DNA of 64,000 nucleotides from Bacteroidales bacterium (GTDB lineage Bacteria; Bacteroidota; Bacteroidia; Bacteroidales; WCHB1-69): NCBI GenBank assembly GCA_017506175.1, contig JAFVNW010000018.1, positions 1,056 to 65,055 of the forward strand, read 5' to 3'. Shown piece by piece: positions 36,668 to 44,756 of this stretch (position 1 is its first letter; each line of letters starts with the position of its first letter). The notes under the pieces were generated by a model. It saw only the letters and a program-made list of their open reading frames with translations, ran no database searches and was not told where the DNA came from. The position numbers and the translations under genes were made by a program.

Positions 36668-36757
36668 TTACTTCTTCTTATGTCTGTTCTTTCTGAGGCG
36701 TTTTTTACGCTTATGAGTTGACATCTTGTGTCTTTTTCTCTTTTTACCGCTTGGCAT
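36668..36757 (-). CDS. 29-aa Arg/Lys-rich mini-protein, bS22 / AURKAIP1-COX24-like small ribosomal protein candidate
   Basis: The minus strand encodes MPSGKKRKRHKMSTHKRKKRLRKNRHKKK*. It is not in the ORF track. It starts 33 nt downstream of hup and is followed by a terminator. The KRKRHKM..HKRKKRLRK pattern resembles the small basic ribosomal protein reported for mycobacterial and Bacteroidota ribosomes. Confidence 0.55.
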   Translation of the reverse strand: MPSGKKRKRHKMSTHKRKKRLRKNRHKKK

Positions 36758-36790
36758 TGTAATAAAATTTTAAGGGTTAGTTTATTAAGG

Positions 36791-37063
36791 TTATTTTACT
36801 TGATCTGCGAAAGTTTTGCAAGGTTTGAAAGCCGGAATGTCGTGAGCCGGGATTTCAATGGATTTCTTAGCCTGTATGTTACGGGCGGTCTTTTTAGCGC
36901 GATGTTTAATGATGAAACTGCCAAATCCTCTCAGATAGACATTGTCTTTTTTCGTTAAAGAATCTTTTATTGTATCCATAAATGATTCAACAACGGTTCC
37001 AACAGTGCTTTTGTCCAAGCCGGTCTTGTTGGCGATTTCATTTACCATTTCTGCTTTTGTCAT
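36791..37063 (-). CDS. hup: HU family DNA-binding protein
   Basis: 90 aa: MTKAEMVNEIANKTGLDK...RGFGSFIIKHRAKKTARN...IPA..IPAFKP. Confidence 0.9.
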   Translation of the reverse strand: MTKAEMVNEIANKTGLDKSTVGTVVESFMDTIKDSLTKKDNVYLRGFGSFIIKHRAKKTARNIQAKKSIEIPAHDIPAFKPCKTFADQVK

Positions 37064-37139
37064 GATTGATAAAGTTTAAATATTAATACTGGTTTTAATA
37101 ATATGTTTTAAAATTTACGCTCGTTGTTTTTTGGGGGTG

Positions 37140-37147
37140 CAAAAATA
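37140..37147 (-). promoter_or_regulatory. -7 promoter box (TATTTTTG, minus strand) upstream of hup
   Basis: CAAAAATA on the plus strand, about 77 nt upstream of the ATG at 37063. Confidence 0.45.
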
Positions 37148-37268
37148 CAATTTTTATTTTAATCTGTATCAATCAATTACAAATTTTTTTTTTACCCCTT
37201 CGAGATTCGTCGATTTGTTGATTTGTGGAGCTGTTTAATTGTCGGACAGGTATCAGGTGTCCTGTTTT

Positions 37269-38117
37269 TTATTGGCATTCCGCCAATATTTTGTCGGCGA
37301 GGCGGCTGGCGCCGATGCGGAAGTAGCGGTTGGTCAGCCATTTTTCGCCCAAGACATTCTCGAGGATTTTAAGGAAATCGATGGCGGTTTTTGCATCGGA
37401 AATGCCTCCGGCGGGTTTCATGCCGACCATTTTGCCGGTGGCTTCATAATGTGCTTTGATGGCGTCGAGCATCACGAGGAAAGCCTCTGGAGTAGCGTTG
37501 ACAGCGATTTTTCCCGTGGATGTCTTGATGAAGTCAGCGCCTGCTGCAATGGCAATCTGGGATGCTTTGTATATATTGTCGGCTGTTTTCAGTTCGCCGG
37601 TTTCCAGAATCACCTTGAGGTGCGCCTGTCCGCAGGCTGCTTTGATGGCGGCGATTTCGTTATACACGGTCTGGTAGTCGCCCTCAAGGAATTTGCCGCG
37701 GGAGATCACCATGTCGATTTCGTCGGCGCCTTGGGAGACGGCATATGCCACTTCGGCGATTTTTATTTCAATCGGAGACTGACCTGCGGGGAATGCGCCT
37801 GCTACGCAAGCCACATGCACATCGGTGTCTTTCAGGATGGATTTGGCTTGGGCGGCGAAGGGGGGATAGACGCAAACGGCCGCAGTGGTCGGAATCTGTC
37901 TGGCCTCATCGCGGAAGTTCAGCGCTTTTTCGCACAATTGCTGCACCTTCGCTTTGTTGTCGGAACCTTCCAATGTGGTCAGGTCGATGACATTCAGAAT
38001 GAATCGGTAAGCCTTCGGATAGTCGAAGAATTTGAGGTCTGATGCGGTATAGGCCGCGATTCTCTCTTGGATTTGCTCGTCCGTAAACGGATAATTTTTA
38101 AGTTCAGAATAAGCCAT
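37269..38117 (-). CDS. deoC: Deoxyribose-phosphate aldolase
   Basis: IDLTTLEG, VCVYP and the Schiff-base Lys context FIKTSTGK. Start trimmed to MAYSELKNYPF. Confidence 0.85.
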   Translation of the reverse strand: MAYSELKNYPFTDEQIQERIAAYTASDLKFFDYPKAYRFILNVIDLTTLEGSDNKAKVQQLCEKALNFRDEARQIPTTAAVCVYPPFAAQAKSILKDTDVHVACVAGAFPAGQSPIEIKIAEVAYAVSQGADEIDMVISRGKFLEGDYQTVYNEIAAIKAACGQAHLKVILETGELKTADNIYKASQIAIAAGADFIKTSTGKIAVNATPEAFLVMLDAIKAHYEATGKMVGMKPAGGISDAKTAIDFLKILENVLGEKWLTNRYFRIGASRLADKILAECQ

Positions 38118-38142
38118 AGTCAGTTGTTTTAAAACGGGCGGC

Positions 38143-38150
38143 AAAAGTAC
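38143..38150 (-). promoter_or_regulatory. -7 promoter box (TACTTTTG, minus strand) upstream of deoC
   Basis: CAAAAGTA on the plus strand, about 26 nt upstream of the ATG at 38117. Confidence 0.5.
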
Positions 38151-38536
38151 AATTTTTTTCTAAATCGCCGTCTCGGTTGTTATTCAATTAAAGATGTTAC
38201 ATCTGCTCATTCACGAGCTTGTTCATCTCGCGCGTATCTGCTTGACCGAGGCTTCGACTTCCTTGCCGTTGATGAAGAGTGTCACTCTTCGGGTGCTGCT
38301 GTTTGCCATAACTTGATGTTTTGGCAAAGTTGGCACAAATGCCCGTCACGGGTTGGGACGGTATAAGAAAACCGCAGTCGTGGTTTTTGACTACGGTTTT
38401 GTTTCCTTGATGTCCGCGACAACGATTGCAGCGGTTATGAGTACGGAGTGCGAAATTTGAGCGGAAAGCGTGCCCGGTCGCCCAAAGAAAGAAAAATACT
38501 TTTCTATAGCTTGCATTACTTTTTGTTTTTACGGTG

Positions 38537-39142
38537 TTAGTTGTAGCGTGAATTTTCTTGTTTTTCTTTTCGTTTGTTTATTTTTTCCTGTTCTTTAGCA
38601 CGATACTTCAACCACTTTTTAGTATAATGACATTCTGGCATGCCCTCTTGGCCCAATTGCCGACCTATAAACAACAAAATCTCATATTCTTCAATCGTAC
38701 TTGGTGATACTTCCTTTTCCCACGTATAACCAAAATGCGGCACTCCAATTCCACCTACTACTATGGTTGTGTCGGATGTAAAAACCTCAGCTTTTGTCAT
38801 ATTTTCGGATATGGAATCTAAATGAATGAACATTCCAGGGGAATAAGGCAACGGCTTGCCAAACCTAAAATACATTTTTGATCCAACATCATAATAATTT
38901 CTCAATAATGCATCATTTTTAATATTCTTGCTAAGTATATCCTTCTCATAATCTTCCTTGGCATACACTATATATCCAATTAGAGAATCGTCTATATTAA
39001 TTATAGCTTTCTTTACATCCTCAATACCAGCATCAAAAACGTAGCTTGTCGGATTAGGAACCAGAAGTTTCTCTTTGGTGTAACAACCGATAGTTAGCAC
39101 GGATATTGTGATAAATAGCAAGCCTATTAGTGTCTTTTGCAT
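38537..39142 (-). CDS. Lipoprotein, candidate cognate immunity protein of the adjacent Rhs-tip toxin
   Basis: Signal peptide plus lipobox (VLTIGC). 201 aa, AT-rich. It lies 76 nt downstream of the toxin ORF on the same strand. Confidence 0.45.
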   Translation of the reverse strand: MQKTLIGLLFITISVLTIGCYTKEKLLVPNPTSYVFDAGIEDVKKAIINIDDSLIGYIVYAKEDYEKDILSKNIKNDALLRNYYDVGSKMYFRFGKPLPYSPGMFIHLDSISENMTKAEVFTSDTTIVVGGIGVPHFGYTWEKEVSPSTIEEYEILLFIGRQLGQEGMPECHYTKKWLKYRAKEQEKINKRKEKQENSRYN

Positions 39143-39218
39143 AGTTTATGTTTTTGATTTAAAATTATGATTAATGTAAATATTGCAATTGTATTATTGC
39201 CTTTCCCATAGTGTGTGA

Positions 39219-39959
39219 TTATGGATCAATTAAACCAACGCCTTCCCCTTTTTGCTGATTAGAATTAGGCTTTATATCCATTCCTTCCATAATAACATTC
39301 TTTACATTTTCAACAGCCTCTTTCATCTGTGCATCTGTAGGATTTATATCTCCCTTGTGATGTTCAATCCATTTACGGGGATTTAATCCCAAATCGTTCA
39401 CTCTCGGTTCATACGAGCCATCTGAATTTTTTGTAGCATGTGCTGGACAAACAGCATCCATCATTGTGTGGGCAGCTAGTCCAAGATATTCATAATCTCC
39501 TGTTTTTTTGTAATCAGCGATATTCCTATTTACAAAATCTTGGGCTTGACTTTTAGCGTCTTCGGAGGAAACATTTGGATCACGCATGTAATGTATAAAA
39601 GATTTGCTAGTTCCTTGATTTCCATTAAGGAATCCATCTGCTTTATTGCTTCCTTTTTGCATTCCTTTAATCATAGCGTCTGCATCCTTTTTAGATACAT
39701 ACCCATCCCGCACTAATTCATTTACGGCAGTTTTAATCATTTTATGATGAACGCTTTTTGACCATTCCCCATTCGGGTCCTTCAACACTACCGGATTGTT
39801 GGCACAATAGGCATACGGACTCACTCTCGGGTACTTATCGCTCATCGGGTCCACACTCAACCAGATGGAGAGTGTGGGGTGGTAGTGCCGGGCAGCAGGA
39901 GAAGGTGAAAATTGAGAACTGAAAGTGGAAAGGTGGTGGGGCATTTTAGAAAACAACAT
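39219..39959 (-). CDS. Orphan Rhs/YD-repeat C-terminal tip: core-end motif plus zinc phospholipase C-like toxin domain
   Basis: ARHYHPTLSIWLSVDPMSDKYPRVSPYAYCANNPVVLKDPNGE matches the end of Rhs core domains (PxxxxDPxGx). It is followed by WSKSVHH..., HYMRDP and YLGLAAHTMMDAVCPAHA, which are collinear with bacterial Zn-PLC motifs (W1, HFYDP, YLGLSLHYLGDVNQPMHA). Confidence 0.7.
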   Translation of the reverse strand: MLFSKMPHHLSTFSSQFSPSPAARHYHPTLSIWLSVDPMSDKYPRVSPYAYCANNPVVLKDPNGEWSKSVHHKMIKTAVNELVRDGYVSKKDADAMIKGMQKGSNKADGFLNGNQGTSKSFIHYMRDPNVSSEDAKSQAQDFVNRNIADYKKTGDYEYLGLAAHTMMDAVCPAHATKNSDGSYEPRVNDLGLNPRKWIEHHKGDINPTDAQMKEAVENVKNVIMEGMDIKPNSNQQKGEGVGLIDP

Positions 39960-40665
39960 AAAACGAAAAATCCGCTAAACGTTCAAAGTAGTCTTCAAAA
40001 GATTCTTTAATATATCCTTTTTCCCGCAGAATCATGGACGTTTCATGAGGATTCATCACATATTGATAATAGTAATATTGCATAGCAACACTTACCCAAA
40101 ATTCAGAAAAAACCAATTGTGGGTCACGGCAAAGCGAGTCGATTTCTTTTTCATGCATTTCCATAAAAGGTCTGATTGAATCAAGCATGGAGCAGATATA
40201 TTTGTTTCGCATCACTGTGTCATTTTGAAAATGATATTTTGCTGCGTAGAATCGGTCGCAATCAACGCTTTTTTGATACGGATAGAACGTTTTTAGCGCA
40301 TACTCGTATTTTTTTGCAAACTCAATAGCAGCATCATAGTCCCGTGTATAAGAATAGAAGCGCAATACATAATAGCCTAACATCCTGGTCCAAGTTGTAT
40401 CGTCACAAGTCTTAATGGCACGCTTTGTTTTGTTGAGACCTTTTTTTAAATGTTCCAATTGATTGTCTGTTGCATACAGCTCAATGCATTGATCAGCGTA
40501 ATATTGTGCATTATGCCATTTGCTATGCTTGTGTGAAATCCGTTGGACTTTTTCTTTCTTGTGTGGATTTTTCTCACGCACATCCCAAGTAATTACAACT
40601 TGTCCAAAGACACTGATGCTATTTAAAAGTAATGTAAACAAAATGATTCTTTGAAATACTTTCAT
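39946..40665 (-). CDS. Secreted helical-repeat protein, candidate orphan immunity protein
   Basis: Signal peptide (LLLNSISVFGQ). 239 aa, Tyr/Lys-rich helical repeats, AT-rich. Its 3' end overlaps the Rhs-tip ORF start by 14 nt. Confidence 0.4.
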   Translation of the reverse strand: MKVFQRIILFTLLLNSISVFGQVVITWDVREKNPHKKEKVQRISHKHSKWHNAQYYADQCIELYATDNQLEHLKKGLNKTKRAIKTCDDTTWTRMLGYYVLRFYSYTRDYDAAIEFAKKYEYALKTFYPYQKSVDCDRFYAAKYHFQNDTVMRNKYICSMLDSIRPFMEMHEKEIDSLCRDPQLVFSEFWVSVAMQYYYYQYVMNPHETSMILREKGYIKESFEDYFERLADFSFYVVF

Positions 40666-40838
40666 GATTTTATCGTAAAATAGGTGTAATCATAGTTCCC
40701 CTTGCCCATAATAATACAGTTGACTTCTATTCTGACTCTTTTCACGCCAACGCCCCAGACCTTGTGAAGCTGAAAAGTTGACGTTGCAAAGTTACCTATT
40801 ATTTTCTTGTTTTCAACAGTTTTTTTACCATCCTTCAT
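40662..40838 (-). CDS. Possible 58-aa ORF translationally coupled (ATGA) to the downstream secreted protein
   Basis: MKDGKKTVENKKIIGNFATSTFQLHKVWGVGVKRVRIEVNCIIMGKGNYDYTYFTIKS*. The stop overlaps the ATG at 40665. I recognise no family. Confidence 0.2.
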   Translation of the reverse strand: MKDGKKTVENKKIIGNFATSTFQLHKVWGVGVKRVRIEVNCIIMGKGNYDYTYFTIKS

Positions 40839-41021
40839 TATTTAGAATTTTGGTTCGAAAAAAAACCTTACTTTTGCGGAAGAAAATAGATGAAAAAGCA
40901 TATATCATTACAAATAAAACAGCTATTCGCGCGATTGGCAACAACAAATCTGGGACAAGCATCGCCACATCAAGTTTGCATATTATGGTTTCAACGACTA
41001 AATATGTATTGGAGAAGACAA

Positions 41022-41807
41022 ATGATGAAACGTATAGCCGTTATATTATCCTTGCTATTTGCTTCAGCATCCTATTGCTGTGGCCAGCATGACACCTACT
41101 CACTTTTATTAGTGAATGGCAAACCATTGAATCCTTTTGATTCAGATGTTCTGGTTCAAACAGAATTAGATTCGCACACATTCTCTTGGACCTACAGTAG
41201 TACGATGGGGTTTCACTTGGATTCTGCGACTTGTGCTTTCCTGCAATCCATGCCTGATGGTAGTCGTATGGACTTACAATTTACTCTTTATAAGAATATC
41301 AACACTTCCCATACAGAAAGAAAATATACACGAACAATTTCGCTCTATGTAAGGGAACTTTTTAATGATGATTCATTGTTAGTCATTGACCTTGGCGAAA
41401 CTAAATTCTCTTCTAAAAACGCTGGCAATTACTTTTTTCTGCCCTATCCAAATGCATACCACACTACGTATCTCACTTTATATGTTTTGTTTAACAATGT
41501 CTTTTTATACAGAGGAGAAATTCAGGGAATAATGCTTCCTGAGTATTCAGAACTATCATTTGAATACCTCCCAGGACATATAGTTGGGGATTTTACACAT
41601 ACAGATTCTTGCATTGACACGATTAACATCTCAAGGATGACACTGCAAATCAATAACAAGCAATATGAAATTAGCACTAATTGGTCTGGAAGAAATTCAC
41701 TATACCTATTTATACAAGAACGTGGTAAAAAAATCAAGACAGCATTTTTCAATGGATATATGGTTTCCGATAAGTTTCATATTATTCGTAATAAATGTTT
41801 TTGGTAA
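41022..41807 (+). CDS. Secreted protein of unknown function
   Basis: Internal start MMKRIAVILSLLFASASYCCGQ is a clean signal peptide. AT-rich. The track start 40890 adds a non-hydrophobic extension. Confidence 0.5.
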   Translation: MMKRIAVILSLLFASASYCCGQHDTYSLLLVNGKPLNPFDSDVLVQTELDSHTFSWTYSSTMGFHLDSATCAFLQSMPDGSRMDLQFTLYKNINTSHTERKYTRTISLYVRELFNDDSLLVIDLGETKFSSKNAGNYFFLPYPNAYHTTYLTLYVLFNNVFLYRGEIQGIMLPEYSELSFEYLPGHIVGDFTHTDSCIDTINISRMTLQINNKQYEISTNWSGRNSLYLFIQERGKKIKTAFFNGYMVSDKFHIIRNKCFW

Positions 41808-42214
41808 AAGACGATATCCATCAAATCCCCGAATAATTCTCAATTTTCAGTTCTCAATTTTCAATTTATTCGTATTTTTGCCCCGTTGTCCGTAACGAAG
41901 TCCAAGTGGGCGGAAAACGGGCGACAGACATATATAAAAGGCGTTGAGTCAACGTCTTATCTGCGGCGTATCGAATCTGGTAAATTCAAAATCTCCCGCA
42001 CGGTAAGGCAGTGTTCAATGTCCATTGGTGTGTGATATTTATGCACAGCGTGGGCTTCGGCATTGCTTATCTTCGGGAAAAGGCAATACCAGAGCCTGAT
42101 ACGCGGGATGAGCGATGAACTTAAGGATCCCGAGCTTTTTTTATGTGTTTAACAAGTATATGTATTTTTAAACTGCGCTGGGATTCCGCAGGAAATGAAA
42201 AGAAACAAAACAAT

Positions 42215-42661
42215 ATGTTCAAAAATTTCAAAAAAATCGGAATCGTTTGCCTCGTTCTGGTAGCTATGGCGGCTTTTTCATCCTGCTCTAAACCTGAAAA
42301 GCAAATTATCGGAAAATGGAAAATCACGGAAGCATCACTAAAACACAATGGCTATGAGGAAGAGGATGAATTTGACGACAAAGGTGAAATATGGATCTTC
42401 AAAGAGAACGGAAGTTGCGTATTGCACATTTTTGGGCAAGATTTCGAAGGCCACTACACTGTCAAAGATAATACCTTGGCCATTAATGTTGAACACTTTT
42501 TCATCACGTACGATGAAGAAGCGTGTGTAACTTCTTCTGCTCTTGATATTGATGAAATTAATAAAAAAGAAATGTCAATATCAGGTACTATTTATGCTCA
42601 CGGAAGTGATTTTGGCAATGGGAAAAAGTTCAAACTTTCATTCGAGTTTGAGAAGAAATAA
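42215..42661 (+). CDS. Small lipoprotein (lipocalin-like size), unknown function
   Basis: MFKNFKKIGIVCLVLVAMAAFSSC lipobox, then IIGKWKITEASLKHNG. 148 aa. Confidence 0.55.
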   Translation: MFKNFKKIGIVCLVLVAMAAFSSCSKPEKQIIGKWKITEASLKHNGYEEEDEFDDKGEIWIFKENGSCVLHIFGQDFEGHYTVKDNTLAINVEHFFITYDEEACVTSSALDIDEINKKEMSISGTIYAHGSDFGNGKKFKLSFEFEKK

Positions 42662-42762
42662 CTACGTTTTGAAGTAGCGAATTCTCATACATGAGGAGGC
42701 GAGAGCGGGTAAGCAAGTCTTGTTCCGTTCTCTCTCTTTTTTCTATGAAATTGGGAGCAAGC

Positions 42763-43118
42763 TCAATTTAGGGCGTTAGTGGGAGTTCCTTTTTGAATGA
42801 AGGAGATTTTGCTCACATCCTCGCAATTCGAACAGCACCATTCCGCCGACATCGTGATGCTCAGGCTCCAGCCTACCATAAAGCGTGAATGGACGTCTAT
42901 GATGGCGAAAAGGTACATAAAACCGCGCCTCATGGGAATATAGCTGATGCGACGGGCTTGTACAGATGCTTCTTCCACTGCGCAACTTGGTTGGGGTGCA
43001 GTTCATACTTCTTGCACAGTTCCGACAGGGTCTGTCGTTACTGCATCGCTTCCAAGGCGACCTTCGCCATGAACTCCGCCGTGAATTTCCGACGGCTCTT
43101 CTTGGTGGTATTGTTCAT
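42763..43118 (-). mobile_element. Degraded IS3-family transposase remnant (OrfA HTH fragment with in-frame stop fused to a piece of the integrase core)
   Basis: Minus strand from 43118 reads MNNTTKKSRRKFTAEFMAKVALEAMQ*RQTLSELCKKYELHPNQVAQWKKHL, an IS3 OrfA-like sequence. Further on, ISYIPMRRGFMYLFAIIDVHSRFMVGWSLSITMSAEWC is the start of an rve domain. No intact ORF or inverted repeats were found. Confidence 0.7.
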
Positions 43119-43202
43119 CTTTTTTGAATTTTGTGCAAAGATAATCACTTTAGCCGTTGGTCCAGTTTTTGGGGAGCATTATAAATTCATCACCTTAGTG
43201 TG

Positions 43203-44624
43203 TCAACACATTTTCAGGGGATCCACCCATTGGTCGAATTCCTCCTCTGTCATAAGCTTCAGTTCCAAGGCGGCTTCCTTGAGGGAGAGGTTGTGCTCGA
43301 ATGCGTATTGTGCGATTTTCGCGGATTGGGCGTAGCCGATTTTGGGATTGAGGGCGGTGACCATCATCAGCGAATGGCTGAGGTTCTCTTTCATTCGGGC
43401 GGTGTTGGGTAGGATGCCGTTGATGCAGTTTTGGGTGAAGGAGCGGACAGCATCGGCCAGCAGGCGGATGGATTCGATGATGTTCTTGGCGATCATGGGC
43501 ATGAAAACGTTTAGTTGCAAGTGGCCTTGCATGCCGCCGGCGGTGATGGCCGTGTCATTGCCGATGACTTGACAGCAAACCATGGCTACGGCTTCGCATT
43601 GGGTGGGATTCACTTTTCCGGGCATGATGGAGGAGCCTGGTTCGTTGGCCGGGAGAATCAACTCGTTCAGGCCGCAACGAGGGCCTGAGGCCAGCAGGCG
43701 GATGTCGTTCGCGATTTTCATCAGCGAGACGGCGGTGCGTTTCAGCGCGCCGGAGAGCTCCACGATGGAGTCGTGGGAGGCCATTGCCTCGAATTTGTTC
43801 CGCGCTGTGGTGAACTCCATTCCGGTGAAATCACATATGTAATTAACGGCTGTCGCGGCGTAGTTCTCCGGGGTGTTGAGACCGGTGCCTACGGCCGTGC
43901 CTCCGAGAGGAAGTTCAATCAGATGATGGCGGGTGTTGTGAATGGTGGCAATGTCGTGCGAGATTTGAGAGGCAAAGGCGGAGAACTCCTGGCCGAGGGT
44001 GAGGGGGGTGGCATCCATCAGATGGGTGCGCCCAACCTTTACGATTCCAGCAAATTCCAACGATTTGTCCAACAGTGCACCGTTCAATGATTCCAGCGCA
44101 GGCAGAAGCATTCCCACAATCATCTGGGTAGAAGCCACGCGAATCGCAGTCGGAAAAACGTCGTTGGTCGATTGCGACATGTTCACATCGTCATTCGGAT
44201 GCAGAAAACGCCCTTCGCTATAGTCGGGAATCCGTTTGTGGCGGACCTTTTCCACATAGTTCGAAATCACCTCATTCACATTCATATTGGTCTGTGTGCC
44301 CGATCCCGTCTGCCATATCGGAAGCGGAAAGGCATCATCCAATTGGCCGTCTATGATCTTGTCGCAGGCTTCGGTAATGGCCTTTTTCTTGTCTATCGAC
44401 AATACATTGCAATCGTAATTCGCGCACGCGGCCGCCTTCTTGATTAATGCTATGGCATGGATGATTTCAATTGGCATCAGTTGATTCCCTATTTTGAAAT
44501 TCCGCCTCGACCTTTCTGTCTGCGCTCCCCATAATTGGGCTGCGTCCACCTCAATTTCCCCCATGGAGTCTTTCTCCATGCGCTTCGCATTCTCCACAGC
44601 GTGTCTCGATTTCGTATTTGTCAT
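43203..44624 (-). CDS. fumC: Class II fumarate hydratase
   Basis: GSSIMPGKVNPTQCEA signature (fumarase-type rather than aspartase-type) and TGSGTQTNMNVNEV. 473 aa. Confidence 0.9.
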   Translation of the reverse strand: MTNTKSRHAVENAKRMEKDSMGEIEVDAAQLWGAQTERSRRNFKIGNQLMPIEIIHAIALIKKAAACANYDCNVLSIDKKKAITEACDKIIDGQLDDAFPLPIWQTGSGTQTNMNVNEVISNYVEKVRHKRIPDYSEGRFLHPNDDVNMSQSTNDVFPTAIRVASTQMIVGMLLPALESLNGALLDKSLEFAGIVKVGRTHLMDATPLTLGQEFSAFASQISHDIATIHNTRHHLIELPLGGTAVGTGLNTPENYAATAVNYICDFTGMEFTTARNKFEAMASHDSIVELSGALKRTAVSLMKIANDIRLLASGPRCGLNELILPANEPGSSIMPGKVNPTQCEAVAMVCCQVIGNDTAITAGGMQGHLQLNVFMPMIAKNIIESIRLLADAVRSFTQNCINGILPNTARMKENLSHSLMMVTALNPKIGYAQSAKIAQYAFEHNLSLKEAALELKLMTEEEFDQWVDPLKMC

Positions 44625-44662
44625 AGATAGAAGTTGGTTTATGTATGCAAATTTTCAGTCCG

Positions 44663-44670
44663 CAAAAGTA
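44663..44670 (-). promoter_or_regulatory. -7 promoter box (TACTTTTG, minus strand) upstream of fumC
   Basis: CAAAAGTA on the plus strand, 39 nt upstream of the ATG at 44624. Confidence 0.5.
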
Positions 44671-44720
44671 CAAAAAATGTAGCGATCTCAATTTATCGGT
44701 GATTATTAAAAAAGATGTGG

Positions 44721-44728
44721 TACTTTTG
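44721..44728 (+). promoter_or_regulatory. -7 promoter box (TACTTTTG) upstream of the YbaK-like gene
   Basis: Exact TAnnTTTG match 29 nt upstream of the ATG at 44757. It is divergent from the fumC promoter. Confidence 0.5.
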
Positions 44729-44756
44729 CAAATTGATAAACCAACGAATCAACATC

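Noticed and set aside
38196-38309. Short minus-strand ORF MANSSTRRVTLFINGKEVEASVKQIRAR*
   Set aside because: It continues sensibly only after a frameshift (..EMNKLVNEQM*) and then stops. This looks like a truncated remnant at the island edge. I cannot assign a family, so it is not called as a gene.
38368-38400. Hairpin AAAACCGCAGTC / GTGGTTTTT / GACTACGGTTTT
   Set aside because: It is a plausible terminator-like stem, but no intact gene ends next to it. It is probably left over from the degraded DNA at the island border.
41837-42130. Direct repeat TTCTCAATTTTCA x2 (41837-41863), followed by a TATTTTTG box and an XRE-like fragment (..GVESTSYLRRIESGKFKIS..)
   Set aside because: The possible ORF is under 50 aa with a TTG start and lacks the first helices of an HTH domain. 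It is probably a decayed regulator. There is not enough evidence to call a gene or an RNA.
42763-43006. Two overlapping 71-76-aa minus-strand ORFs as a functional transposase
   Set aside because: They are fragments of one IS3-type gene. There is an in-frame stop in the OrfA part, most of the integrase core is missing, and no terminal inverted repeats were found. I called this a remnant only.
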